Assembly: GCA_965200315.1 (NCBI GenBank)
Contig: OZ241362.1
Location: forward strand, 928,001-992,000
DNA from: Candidatus Latescibacterota bacterium
Lineage (GTDB): Bacteria > Latescibacterota > UBA2968 > UBA8231
Length of the DNA stretch: 64,000 nt
Direction: 5' to 3'
The translations under genes were made by a program, and so were the position numbers. The notes beneath the pieces are model-generated. The model was not told the origin of the DNA. It saw only the letters and a program-made list of their open reading frames with translations, and did no database searches. This document shows positions 19,045 through 28,594 of the stretch, in pieces; position 1 is the first letter of the stretch; the number at the start of each line of letters is the position of its first letter.

Positions 19045-19743
19045 TTACGCAGCGAGTTGGGCACGGTCAATCTTGATGCCCGGCCCTACTGCCGACGAGA
19101 GAACTAACTTGCGGATGTACTGCCCTTTTGTCGCAGCCGGCCTAGCGCGCAAAATGGCGTCAGTAAACGCCTGGGCATTTTCGATCAGTGCCTGATCGGT
19201 AAAGGACAGCTTGCCGATGGGGCCTTGGGCGTTGTTGCCGGACTTGCTGTCGGCGCGGTATTCAATGCGGCCGGCCTTGGCCTCGCGGACAGCTTGGGCG
19301 ACCTCGCGCGTTACCGTGCCGGTCTTGGGGTTGGGCATCAATCCTCTCGGCCCCAAGATCCTCCCCAACTTACCTACCTGCCCCATCATATCTGGAGAGG
19401 CAATGACTAAGTCGAAATCGAGCCAACCGCCCTGGATTTTCTCCGCCATATCGGCCCCGCCGACGAAATCGGCTCCGGCATCTTGGGCTTCCTGTACTAG
19501 CGATCCTTGGGTAATGACTAAGACCCGGAGTTCTTTTCCGGTGCCGTGGGGCAACATCACCGTGCCGCGCAGCGATTGATCGGCCTGGCGACCATCGATC
19601 CCCAAGTTGCAAGAAAGCTCAACGGTCGGATCGTAGTTACACGCCGGGAATCCCTTGAGAATCTCAAACCCCTCTTCCCACGAATAGGCTCTGTCGCGGT
19701 CGAAAGACGCTAAGGCGTTCCTGTATTTTTTTCCTCTGGCCAT
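19045..19743 (-). CDS. rplA: 50S ribosomal protein L1
   Basis: LPHGTGK, LGPRGLMPNPKTGTV. Confidence 0.98.
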   Translation of the reverse strand: MARGKKYRNALASFDRDRAYSWEEGFEILKGFPACNYDPTVELSCNLGIDGRQADQSLRGTVMLPHGTGKELRVLVITQGSLVQEAQDAGADFVGGADMAEKIQGGWLDFDLVIASPDMMGQVGKLGRILGPRGLMPNPKTGTVTREVAQAVREAKAGRIEYRADSKSGNNAQGPIGKLSFTDQALIENAQAFTDAILRARPAATKGQYIRKLVLSSAVGPGIKIDRAQLAA

Positions 19744-19780
19744 GTCTTGAACCTCTTATGAGGGTTACAATGCAAAGCAA

Positions 19781-20203
19781 CTACTCGATCAAGAGCCCCA
19801 TACTGCGGGCCGTTCCGGCGATCATCGACATCGCGGCTTCCATTGAGGCCGCGTTCAAATCGGGCATTTTCAATTCGGCGATTTCGCGCACTTGATCCGG
19901 AGATACAACGCCGATGTGATCTCGGTTGGGTACGCCCGACCCCTTGTCTTTTCCAGCAGCCCGCAACAGCAGCACCGCAGCCGGCGGCGTCTTGGTGATA
20001 AATGAAAACGTGCGGTCGGCGTACACCGTAATGATTACGGGAATGATCAACCCCTGCTGATCTTGGGTCTGGGCATTGAAGGTCTTGCAGAATTCCATGA
20101 TGTTGACGCCGTGTTGACCCAGCGCCGGCCCAACGGGCGGCGTGGGATTCGCCTGACCGGCTGGAACCTGCAACTTGATTTGGGCTATTTCCTTTTTAGC
20201 CAT
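19781..20203 (-). CDS. rplK: 50S ribosomal protein L11
   Basis: [26 protein letters not shown]. Confidence 0.98.
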   Translation of the reverse strand: MAKKEIAQIKLQVPAGQANPTPPVGPALGQHGVNIMEFCKTFNAQTQDQQGLIIPVIITVYADRTFSFITKTPPAAVLLLRAAGKDKGSGVPNRDHIGVVSPDQVREIAELKMPDLNAASMEAAMSMIAGTARSMGLLIE

Positions 20204-20224
20204 TTATTTTTGTCCCTCTGAAAA

Positions 20225-20770
20225 TCAGCCGACCGCCTCTTGAACCGGCTCGACCTGTAACACGTCCAATTCCACCGATGTACCGCGCCCGAAGATGCTC
20301 ACCATGATTTTCAACCTGCGTTTCTCCGGCAGTACCTCTTGTACGGTGCCGATAAAATCCTTGAACGCGCCATCGTTGACCTTGACTTGATCGTCAACGG
20401 AAAAGGGAATCTCCTCGACCTCTTGGTCTTTGCGGCGATCGACGTGCCCTAATATGCGGTCAATTTCCTCCTGCCGCAGCGGTTGCGGCTTGCGCGCTGG
20501 GCCGACGAAGTTGGTCACCCCGGGAATGTTGGTCACCTGATACCAAGCGTCCTTGGACATTTCCATTTCCACTAGTACATAACTAGGCAAAAACCGCTTC
20601 CTAGTCTTGGTTTTCTTGCCGGCGCGGAGTTCGACCACTTCCTCGGTCGGCACGACGGCTCGGGCAATCGCACCGTTGGCAGCCCCCGACTCAATGAGCG
20701 ACTCCAAGTAGGTCTTTACTTTATTTTCGTGCCCCGAATACGTATGTAGAGCATACCAGCACTGTGCCAT
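20225..20770 (-). CDS. nusG: Transcription termination/antitermination factor NusG
   Basis: WYALHTYSGHENKV NGN domain; KOW and VSIFGR. Confidence 0.98.
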   Translation of the reverse strand: MAQCWYALHTYSGHENKVKTYLESLIESGAANGAIARAVVPTEEVVELRAGKKTKTRKRFLPSYVLVEMEMSKDAWYQVTNIPGVTNFVGPARKPQPLRQEEIDRILGHVDRRKDQEVEEIPFSVDDQVKVNDGAFKDFIGTVQEVLPEKRRLKIMVSIFGRGTSVELDVLQVEPVQEAVG

Positions 20771-20876
20771 AACTTCAATCCGGTGTTAGCTCCCATTTGC
20801 CGAGCATAAATCATAAATAAGGAAAAGAAGCGATGCACATTGCGTACCGCTTCCCTTAGATACGCCCCAGCGGGCA

Positions 20877-21065
20877 TTACTGACCTAGAAGTATTCCCCA
20901 AACAAAAGAGATAATCAGGTCGAATATGCCAATAAAAACCGCAAAAATCGCCGAAAAAACTAATACCACCCCGGTGGAACTGACCAAATCTTCGCGAGTA
21001 GGCCAACTCACTTTGGAAAATTCGGTCCGCACATCTTTGATGAAATTAGTAAGTTTATTCCACAT
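20877..21065 (-). CDS. secE: Preprotein translocase subunit SecE
   Basis: EFSKVSWPTR plus a single TM helix; synteny. Confidence 0.95.
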   Translation of the reverse strand: MWNKLTNFIKDVRTEFSKVSWPTREDLVSSTGVVLVFSAIFAVFIGIFDLIISFVWGILLGQ

Positions 21066-21087
21066 CCCGTTCCCTAATGCAGAAGCC

Positions 21088-21163
21088 TGGCAGGGCAGAC
21101 AGGACTTGAACCTGCAACCGCCGGTTTTGGAGACCGGTGCTCTACCAATTGAGCTACTGCCCT
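21088..21163 (-). tRNA. tRNA-Trp(CCA)
   Basis: Reverse complement AGGGCAGTAGCTCAATTGGTAGAGCACCGGTCTCCAAAACCGGCGGTTGCAGGTTCAAGTCCTGTCTGCCCTGCCA; cloverleaf, CCA end. Confidence 0.96.
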
Positions 21164-21167
21164 ATGC

Positions 21168-21320
21168 CTAGCGGGCTTCTTTGTGAGCCGTGTGCTTGTG
21201 GCAAAAACGGCAATACTTTTTGTACTCCACGCGGCTTGGCTGGTTTCGTCTATTTTTGGTCGTCGTGTAATTTTGCTGGCTGCACACTTCGCACTCCAGC
21301 GTTATTTGATCTCTTGGCAT
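21168..21320 (-). CDS. rpmG: 50S ribosomal protein L33 (Zn-binding C+ type); not in the supplied ORF track
   Basis: [50 protein letters not shown]. Confidence 0.96.
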   Translation of the reverse strand: MPRDQITLECEVCSQQNYTTTKNRRNQPSRVEYKKYCRFCHKHTAHKEAR

Positions 21321-21354
21321 CAGAACTTGTCGCGTTTAGATGGAAACACTGTAG

Positions 21355-21505
<151 letters not shown>

Positions 21506-21524
21506 TGCAATTGTTTTGGCGATC

Positions 21525-21601
21525 TGGAGCGGGAAACGGGACTCGAACCCGCGACCCCGAGCTTGGAAGGCTCGCGCTCTAGCCAACTGAGCTATTCCCG
21601 C
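21525..21601 (-). tRNA. tRNA-Gly(TCC)
   Basis: GCGGGAATAGCTCAGTTGGCTAGAGCGCGAGCCTTCCAAGCTCGGGGTCGCGGGTTCGAGTCCCGTTTCCCGCTCCA. Confidence 0.96.
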
Positions 21602-21640
21602 TCGAACCGGATCAATGCCCGTTTAATCCACAGAACGTTA

Positions 21641-21669
21641 AAAGTATGACAGCTTTTTTAATATGTCAA
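21641..21669 (-). promoter_or_regulatory. Putative sigma70 promoter of the tRNA-rpmG-secE operon
   Basis: TTGACA-17 nt-TACTTT about 40 nt upstream of tRNA-Gly. Confidence 0.7.
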
Positions 21670-21691
21670 GAAGAGGACTCGGCGCGAACCC

Positions 21692-21733
21692 AAAACCCGA
21701 AACTCCCGGAGAGACGCGGGCCTTTCCGGGAGT
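21692..21733 (-). terminator. Putative intrinsic terminator after greA
   Basis: ACTCCCGGA/TCCGGGAGT stem followed by TTCGGGTTTT on the minus strand. Confidence 0.55.
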
Positions 21734-21756
21734 CGTCAAGTAAACTGCACCTGTGC

Positions 21757-22227
21757 TCAGCGCGTGATCTTGACAATCCTGTAATGCAGCTTGCCAACGG
21801 GCACTTCAATCTCGATTTCTTCTCCTTCTTGGTGTCCGAGCAACCCCTTGCCTATCGGCGAAACCGTGGAGATCTTCCCCACTTCAAAATCCGCTTCCTC
21901 GGGAGCGACGAGCGTGTACGTAAGCTGTCGCGCCTGCGCGAGGTCTTCTAGCTCCACGGTGGCACCGATATAGACCTTGTCTTCTGGGATCGCCTCGTTT
22001 TCTAGCAGGCGGGCCCGGCTGAGTGTCTCTTCGAGCTTGCCGATGCGCTGCTCTAGGAAGAGCAACCTTTCTTTGGCCGCCGAATACTCGGCGTTTTCGG
22101 ATAGGTCGCCAAACTCCCGCGCCCGCTGCAGCTCTTGGCGCACTGCTGGACGTTCGGTCTCCTTGAGTCCCTTCAACTCGCCCTGAAGTTTTTCGTAGCC
22201 TTCGCGCGAAAGATATATTTCACTCAT
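21757..22227 (-). CDS. greA: Transcription elongation factor GreA
   Basis: AREFGDLSENAEYSAAKE, ISTVSPIGKGLLG; start re-assigned to MSEIYLS. Confidence 0.97.
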   Translation of the reverse strand: MSEIYLSREGYEKLQGELKGLKETERPAVRQELQRAREFGDLSENAEYSAAKERLLFLEQRIGKLEETLSRARLLENEAIPEDKVYIGATVELEDLAQARQLTYTLVAPEEADFEVGKISTVSPIGKGLLGHQEGEEIEIEVPVGKLHYRIVKITR

Positions 22228-22265
22228 TACCAAGCCTCTAGGGAGAGAACAACATGCGTTATTTA

Positions 22266-22299
22266 ACACAAAAAGCGGAAGCGATAGTGCGCTTCCGCT
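22266..22299 (-). terminator. Intrinsic terminator-like hairpin in the greA leader
   Basis: AGCGGAAGCG-N6-CGCTTCCGCT followed by TTTTGTGTT on the minus strand, about 45 nt before the greA ATG. Confidence 0.65.
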
Positions 22300-22425
22300 A
22301 CTTAGGAGAGCTAATGTAATAAAAACGGTGCCGAGGTGCAAGCAAGCTACGGGACTTGCCCAAGTCCGCTACCCTCTCTATTAATAAATTGACAGACCGA
22401 ACCATCTCTTCCCAAACAACGTCTC

Positions 22426-23694
22426 ATGGCATTGACAATCCTGCACTTTGCTGATCTGCATCTAGGCGTCGAAAACCACGGCAGTCTCGACCCAAAAACC
22501 GGCCTGCATTCGCGGGTTCAAGATTTTGCTAACAGCCTAGAAGCGGTTTTCGACCTAGCCATTGAAAAGGCGGTCGACTTGGTTCTCTTCGCCGGCGACA
22601 TGTACAAGAATTGCGATCCGACCCCGACCCATCAGCGCGTCTTGGCTCGCCAGCTCCAACGCCTGCAAGCGGCCGGCATCCCCATCGTGCTAGTGGTGGG
22701 CAACCACGACGCGCCGGGAGCTTTCGGCAAGGCCACTTCGGTTGACATTTTCAGCACCCTACAGCTAGAGGGCACTTACGTCATCCGCCGTCCGGATCTC
22801 CTGCGAATCGAAACGGCCAACGGCCCAGTACAAGTGGCCGGCCTGCCTTGGCCGACGCGTCATGCCCTACTCACCCACGACGAATACCGCGACCTGCCCC
22901 TAGAGGAAATCCGCGTCCAGATCCAAAAGATCTACGCGGCTCAGATCGACGAGTACGCCCGGCAACTCGACCCAACGCTGCCAAGCGTACTCGCCGCCCA
23001 TCTCACGGCCGCCGACGCCGTCTATTCTGGGGGCGAACGCACCGCCATCATCGGTCAAGATCCAGTTTTGCTCACTAGCACCCTTGCCAATCCGGCCTAC
23101 GATTACGTCGCCTTGGGGCACATTCACAAACATCAAGACCTCAACCCCGGCCAACATCCGCCCGTGATCTATTCGGGCAGCCTAGAGCGCATTGACTTTG
23201 GCGAGGAAGGCGAAGACAAGGGCTTCTGCCTCGTCCGCATCTCAGAGGACGCCACCACGCCAAGGGGCCGGGCAACCACCTTTGAGTTCGTCCCCGTCCC
23301 GTCCCGGCGTTTTGTGACCATCAAGCTAAAGGTGCTCGATGGCCAAGACGCGACCGAGCGCATCGTCGCGGCCTGCGCCACGGCCGATCTGGCAGACGCC
23401 GTGGTCCGCGTCCTCTACGACCTGCCCGCAGGCTACGCTACGCCAGTGGACTTGCAACAGGTGCGGCAAGCACTCGAACCGGCCTTCCACGTCGCCTCTA
23501 TTCAGCCGCGCTTTGCTCCAGAAATGCGCCAACGCCGCGCCGAAATCAGCGAGGAAGCCGAATTAGGAGACGCCCTCGACCGCTACATTGACAACAGCCC
23601 AGACCTACAAACACACCGATCCGAGCTCAAAAGCTACGCCCTCCACCTAGAGCGCGAGCTTGAAGCTGGCCAACCCGACGAAGACGACAAATGA
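22426..23694 (+). CDS. sbcD: SbcD/Mre11-family nuclease
   Basis: HFADLHLG, AGD, VGNHD, YVALGHIH, YSGSLERIDFGE metallophosphoesterase motifs. Confidence 0.95.
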   Translation: MALTILHFADLHLGVENHGSLDPKTGLHSRVQDFANSLEAVFDLAIEKAVDLVLFAGDMYKNCDPTPTHQRVLARQLQRLQAAGIPIVLVVGNHDAPGAFGKATSVDIFSTLQLEGTYVIRRPDLLRIETANGPVQVAGLPWPTRHALLTHDEYRDLPLEEIRVQIQKIYAAQIDEYARQLDPTLPSVLAAHLTAADAVYSGGERTAIIGQDPVLLTSTLANPAYDYVALGHIHKHQDLNPGQHPPVIYSGSLERIDFGEEGEDKGFCLVRISEDATTPRGRATTFEFVPVPSRRFVTIKLKVLDGQDATERIVAACATADLADAVVRVLYDLPAGYATPVDLQQVRQALEPAFHVASIQPRFAPEMRQRRAEISEEAELGDALDRYIDNSPDLQTHRSELKSYALHLERELEAGQPDEDDK

Positions 23695-26600
23695 TCCCCC
23701 TTTCCCTTTCGTTGCGCAATTTTCTCAGTTACGGCGAGGAGGTGCCGCCGCTCGACTTTACCCAGTTCCACGTCGCCTGTCTCACCGGCGGCAATGGCCA
23801 CGGCAAATCCGCCCTGCTCGATGGGATCACCTATGCCTTGTGGGGCCAAGCCCGCAAAAGCCGCAGCGACGAAGAACTCTGTCGGATCGGAGCCAGAGAA
23901 ATGCGGGTTGACTTCGACTTCGCCCTCGGCGAAAAGCACTTCCGCATCATCCGCAGTTGGCGTCGCACCAAGCGGGGCGTCCCGGCCTTAGACCTGCAAG
24001 TAGAAAGCGATGGTGTCTTCCGCACTCTCAGCGAAGGCGAGGGCATTCATCCCACCCAGCGGCGCATCAACGAACTCCTATCCATGGACTACGACACCTT
24101 TGTCAACTCGGCCTTCATCGTCCAAGGGCGCGCCGACGAGTTCACCCAGAAAAACGCTAGGCAGCGCAAAGAAGTCCTCGGGAGGATTCTCGGCCTAGGT
24201 CGCTACGATCAGCTCCAAAGCATGGCTCGGGGCCGCTATCAAGAGTGCCAGCGCCAGAGCGAGACTCAGCAAACCCGCCTCGGCAAACTCGATGATGAAT
24301 TGGCCAATCGCGAAGGCTACGAAGCCGAGCTGCGCACCGTCGATGACCACCTCGCTCTACTCGGCCGCGAAATCAGCAGCCGAGAAAAGGCGCAAGCCGA
24401 GTTGGAGGCCCAGCGCCTAGAACAGATACAGCTCCGCCAGCGCAGTGCCGAGTTGGGGCGGGAACAACAGCGCGTTGCCGAGCGGGCGCAGCAGGTCAAT
24501 GACGAGCTCGAAAACCTGCGGGCGCAGCAGCGCCAAGACAGCGAAATCCTAGCAACCGCCGAATCTATCGAGCGGGACTTTGCGGCCTACAACCAGCTCC
24601 GCATCCAAATCGGCCTGCTCGAACAAAAAGCTCAGGAGCACGGCAAGTTAGAGACCCACCACCGCCAGCTAGCAGAGCAAATCGCCCAAGCGCGCCAAAA
24701 AGTGGAGCGGCGGCAGGCGCACTGGGCGGCCACTCTCGGCGGGTGCCAGCGCCAACTCGCCGAGTACCAAGCCTTGCTCAATCGGGAACAGACCATCGCC
24801 ATCCGCTACGCCGAGTTCAAAACCATCAGCGAGCAGGCCCAAGCCCTAGAGCAGGCGCGGATTCGCTACGAGGCTCTCCTCAGCGAGCGCCGCCGCCTTG
24901 AACACGAACTATCTCTCGCAGCGGAGCACGGCAAGAGCCAGCGCCAAGCACTAGCCAAGCAATTGGCACAGCTAGAGCGAGCCAGCACCGAAGGGGAAAC
25001 CCTAGCAGCCCACATCCGCCAGTTGCAATCGCAACAGCTCCAATTGCAGGCCCAAGCCGAGGAACAGGACCGCCTCAAGGACGAGGGCCTCGAGCTCAAA
25101 ACCCAGATCGCCGAGCGGGAACAGAAGCTGCACACCGAAGAGGAAGAATTGGCCAACGAGCGTCAGCAGGCTCTGACCTTGGCCGGTTCCGACGACGCCA
25201 ATTGTCCATTGTGCGGCAGCGCACTCGACGCCGAACACCGCCAACAGGTCGCGGCCGAACTCTCGCAGCGGCAAGACCGCCGCCAAGAGCGCATCGCCGC
25301 CCTCGGCCGCGAGATGACCACGCTAGACGATCAATTGCAAAAGATGCGCACGCGCTACAAGGCCCTCGGAGAGGCAATCGCCCCACTCCAGCAGGTCCAC
25401 CAAGAAAGGGCCGCCGCAGAGGCTCGTCTCGGGCAATTGCGGGAAGAGGCCGCTGAGGCCCCGTTGCTAGCCGAGCAATTAGCCAGCCTCGACCGCGAAC
25501 TCAGTGACCAATCATACGCTCCCCGCGAACGCGAACTCCTGCACAAGCTCGCCGGAGAAATTGAGCTATTGGGCTATAGCAGCACCGAGCACGAGGCGCT
25601 GGGCCAAAAGCTCGCCGAGTTGCGCCCGGTCGAGACCGAGCACGCCCGTTTGCAGGACGCCAAACGCCAAACCGACCGGCTCAACAGCGAGCGATCTGAA
25701 GCCCAAAACCAACTCGAGCGGGCCGACCGCCAGCTCGCCGAGGCCCACTATGCCCAAGAGGAACGGGAGCAACTCGGCCAAGTCGAGCAGCAGCTTGCAG
25801 CCCTAGGCTACGACAGTGCCGAGCACCAGCGGTTGCGCCTGCAACACGACGACCTGCGCGACAGCGTCCGGCAGTTCGAGCGCCTGCAACAGGCCCGCCA
25901 ACGCCGTGCTTCATCCGGCGAATCGCGGGTGCGCTACGAGGCCGAAGCCTCTACTCTAGTGGAGCAATTGCAGGCTATAAAAGAAGAAAAGGGAAAGTTG
26001 CACGAGCGGGCCGGCGAGTTAGAAAGCGTCGATAGGCGGCTCGGCGAAAACCAGGTCCAATTGAAAAAGCTGCGGGTCGAGCGGGACCAACACCTCCAGC
26101 ACCGGGGCAATCTAGAGGCCCTATGTACGCGCTGCGCTGAATTGGCGCAGGAACGGGACGCGCTGCGCCAAGACCTGCAAGGCACCCAGCGACAGGCTTG
26201 GATCTACCAACAGCTCGACAAGGCATTCGGCAAGGATGGGATCCAAGCGCTGATCATTGAAAACGCCGTGCCGCAGATTGCCGACGAAGCCAACGCCATC
26301 CTCGCACGCCTGACCGACAACCGCATCCAAGTCGCCTTTGAGTCGCTGCGCGACCTGAAAAAAGGCGGCACCCGCGAAACCCTCGACGTCAAGATCGCCG
26401 ACGAAATCGGCGAGCGTTCCTATCACCTCTATTCCGGGGGCGAGGCATTTCGCACCAATTTTGCCTTGCGCATCGCGCTCTCCAAGGTGCTGGCCATGCG
26501 CTCGGGCACCCGCCTCCACACCCTCTTTATCGACGAGGGCTTCGGCACCCAAGACGAGCAAGGGCTGGAACAACTCATCGAAGCCATCCAAAAGATCAGC

Positions 26601-26726
26601 GAGGACTTCAAAAAGGTGTTGATCGTCACGCATCTCGACCAACTCAAGGCGGCCTTTCCAGTGCAAATCGAGGTCGCCAAACATCCAGACTTAGGCTCGC
26701 GTTTTTCCGTGACGCAGCACGCCTAG
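23691..26726 (+). CDS. sbcC: SbcC/Rad50 SMC-family ATPase
   Basis: Walker A GGNGHGKS, long coiled coil with CPLC zinc hook, YSGGE signature, Walker B FIDEGFG; ATGA overlap with sbcD. Confidence 0.95.
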   Translation: MIPLSLSLRNFLSYGEEVPPLDFTQFHVACLTGGNGHGKSALLDGITYALWGQARKSRSDEELCRIGAREMRVDFDFALGEKHFRIIRSWRRTKRGVPALDLQVESDGVFRTLSEGEGIHPTQRRINELLSMDYDTFVNSAFIVQGRADEFTQKNARQRKEVLGRILGLGRYDQLQSMARGRYQECQRQSETQQTRLGKLDDELANREGYEAELRTVDDHLALLGREISSREKAQAELEAQRLEQIQLRQRSAELGREQQRVAERAQQVNDELENLRAQQRQDSEILATAESIERDFAAYNQLRIQIGLLEQKAQEHGKLETHHRQLAEQIAQARQKVERRQAHWAATLGGCQRQLAEYQALLNREQTIAIRYAEFKTISEQAQALEQARIRYEALLSERRRLEHELSLAAEHGKSQRQALAKQLAQLERASTEGETLAAHIRQLQSQQLQLQAQAEEQDRLKDEGLELKTQIAEREQKLHTEEEELANERQQALTLAGSDDANCPLCGSALDAEHRQQVAAELSQRQDRRQERIAALGREMTTLDDQLQKMRTRYKALGEAIAPLQQVHQERAAAEARLGQLREEAAEAPLLAEQLASLDRELSDQSYAPRERELLHKLAGEIELLGYSSTEHEALGQKLAELRPVETEHARLQDAKRQTDRLNSERSEAQNQLERADRQLAEAHYAQEEREQLGQVEQQLAALGYDSAEHQRLRLQHDDLRDSVRQFERLQQARQRRASSGESRVRYEAEASTLVEQLQAIKEEKGKLHERAGELESVDRRLGENQVQLKKLRVERDQHLQHRGNLEALCTRCAELAQERDALRQDLQGTQRQAWIYQQLDKAFGKDGIQALIIENAVPQIADEANAILARLTDNRIQVAFESLRDLKKGGTRETLDVKIADEIGERSYHLYSGGEAFRTNFALRIALSKVLAMRSGTRLHTLFIDEGFGTQDEQGLEQLIEAIQKISEDFKKVLIVTHLDQLKAAFPVQIEVAKHPDLGSRFSVTQHA

Positions 26727-26739
26727 CCTCTTGCCCATT

Positions 26740-27705
26740 ATGGCCCACTACGACGAATATCACGCCGCCCACACCGGCGCGGCCCTACGCGACGCGCAAG
26801 CTTCATTTCGTTTGTACATGCGCGGTGCTGACCATCTCGACTTCCTGCACCGCATGACCTCCAACGACTTCCACAACCTGCCAATCGGGCACGGCCTCGA
26901 AGCGGTCTTTATCGAACAGCGAGCGCGGGTTCTCGATCTCGCCACCTGCTATCGCGGCCCGGACGCCGCCGCCTTGATCCTGAGTCCCGATTCGCGCGCC
27001 GCAATCCCCGCTTGGTTGGACCGCTTCATCTTTGCCGAGGCCCTCGAATTGGCAGACCGCACAGACGAGACGGCCATGTTCGAGCTCATCGGCCCACGTG
27101 CCGCCCAGCTAGTCGCCCGCGCATTGGACGCGGAGCTGGCACAACTTCAGGATCACCAACTGCTCGACCCACAGGTCCCAGACGGCCTGTGGCTGGCGCG
27201 TACGGCCGGGCCGGGGCTGCGCGCCTTCGGGCCGCCAGACGACGTAAAGGCCCTTTGGCAGCGCCTCGCCGCCGCAGGTGCTCGTCCGATCGAGTCGGAG
27301 ACGTGGGAGATTTTGCGCGTCGAACAGGGCCTTCCCCTACTCGGGCGAGAGCTGACCCAAAATTACAACCCCTGGGAAGCAGGGCTTGGTCGCGCCATCC
27401 ATCTAGATAAAGGCTGCTATATCGGCCAAGAAGTCATCGCCCGCCTAGACACCTACGACAAAGTCAAGCAGCATCTAGTCGGGCTGCGGCTTGCCGCAGC
27501 CGAGTTGCCAGCGATGGGACAACGGCTGCGCGACGGCGCACGCGAAGTAGGGTGCATCACTTCGGCAGTTCACTCCCCCAGCCTCGGTGCGATTGCCCTC
27601 GCCTATGTGCGGCGGAGCGCTTGTGCCGAGGGCACTGTGCTAGACGCGGGCGGAGCGCCGGCCACCGTAGTTTCCTTGCCTTTTTTGTCGCATGAGTCCC
27701 GCTAG
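26740..27705 (+). CDS. ygfZ: YgfZ/GcvT-family folate-binding protein
   Basis: KGCYIGQEVIAR signature. Confidence 0.9.
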   Translation: MAHYDEYHAAHTGAALRDAQASFRLYMRGADHLDFLHRMTSNDFHNLPIGHGLEAVFIEQRARVLDLATCYRGPDAAALILSPDSRAAIPAWLDRFIFAEALELADRTDETAMFELIGPRAAQLVARALDAELAQLQDHQLLDPQVPDGLWLARTAGPGLRAFGPPDDVKALWQRLAAAGARPIESETWEILRVEQGLPLLGRELTQNYNPWEAGLGRAIHLDKGCYIGQEVIARLDTYDKVKQHLVGLRLAAAELPAMGQRLRDGAREVGCITSAVHSPSLGAIALAYVRRSACAEGTVLDAGGAPATVVSLPFLSHESR

Positions 27706-28594
27706 GGCCAGCGGACGCCGCAAGATAGTCCACATTGGGATTGATAGCGGCCCGCGCCACAACACCCGGGCTTGCACCGAATTCGCCGCGCTCCTGCGCG
27801 AATACACCGATTGGATCGAATGGGGCGACGGCCATGCCATCCTCGACGTCACCGATAATAAGCTCGATATCCCCTTTGGAATGCGCGTCGCCAAAATGAT
27901 CAAGAGCGACCTCAGGCGGCAGCTAGACTGGAGCGTTTCCATGGGTTTGGCACCCAGCAAGTTCTTGGCGCGGCTGGCTATGGAGTGCCAGCGGCCCGAT
28001 GGCCTGACGGTCGTGCTGCCCGAACAGATAGGGGATTTTCTCGCCGACGTGCCCATCGATCAGCTTCCTGGCGTGGGGGCCGTTACGCGCCAGCAGCTTA
28101 CGGCCATGCAAATAGAGCGCGTTGGTGCGCTGGCCCAAGTGCCGCTGAACGAACTCGTGCGCCGCTTTGGCCTGCGGGGCAGCAGCTTTTGGCACCTCGC
28201 CCAAGGCTGGGACGACGCCCCGGTTGCCCCAGCCGAACAGCTCGACCAAATCCGCAAGGAAACCTCTTTTGCCGCCCCGCTCTACACCCGCGAAGAAATG
28301 CGCGATGCCTTGCGCGAGTTGGCCGCCGCGCTCTGTGGGCGCTTGCAGTGCCGAGGGCTACAAGCACGCGACGTAATCATAGAGGTGCGCTATCCAGATT
28401 CTCGCACCGCAACGCGCACATCGCGCTTAGCCACTTTTACCGATCGCGCCCAAGTCGTCTTCGCGACTGCCTGCGAACTGTTAGAACAGACAGAAGCCGA
28501 CGACTTAGGTACGCGTCTGCTCAGCATTGGGTTGGGGGGATTTGACGACGAGGAAATTGAGCAGCTCGATTTGTTTGCTAGCGAAAAACCCTAG
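27692..28594 (+). CDS. DinB/Y-family polymerase homologue lacking the fingers domain and catalytic acidic residues
   Basis: RKIVHI, ILDVTD, SMGLAPSKFLARLA, RPDG, LPGVG, little finger, C-terminal QLDLF; DMD replaced by GID and SLDE by GDGH. Confidence 0.85.
   Translation: MSPARASGRRKIVHIGIDSGPRHNTRACTEFAALLREYTDWIEWGDGHAILDVTDNKLDIPFGMRVAKMIKSDLRRQLDWSVSMGLAPSKFLARLAMECQRPDGLTVVLPEQIGDFLADVPIDQLPGVGAVTRQQLTAMQIERVGALAQVPLNELVRRFGLRGSSFWHLAQGWDDAPVAPAEQLDQIRKETSFAAPLYTREEMRDALRELAAALCGRLQCRGLQARDVIIEVRYPDSRTATRTSRLATFTDRAQVVFATACELLEQTEADDLGTRLLSIGLGGFDDEEIEQLDLFASEKP

Noticed and set aside
22340-22425. LexA/SOS box upstream of sbcD
   Set aside because: GAACCATCTCTTC does not match GAAC-N4-GTTC or CTGT-N8-ACAG spacing, so it is not supportable.
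22426-26726. SbcCD as a Wadjet/Lamassu-type SMC defence system
   Set aside because: Canonical Mre11 plus Rad50 (zinc hook) pair in a housekeeping context, with no kleisin or effector genes.
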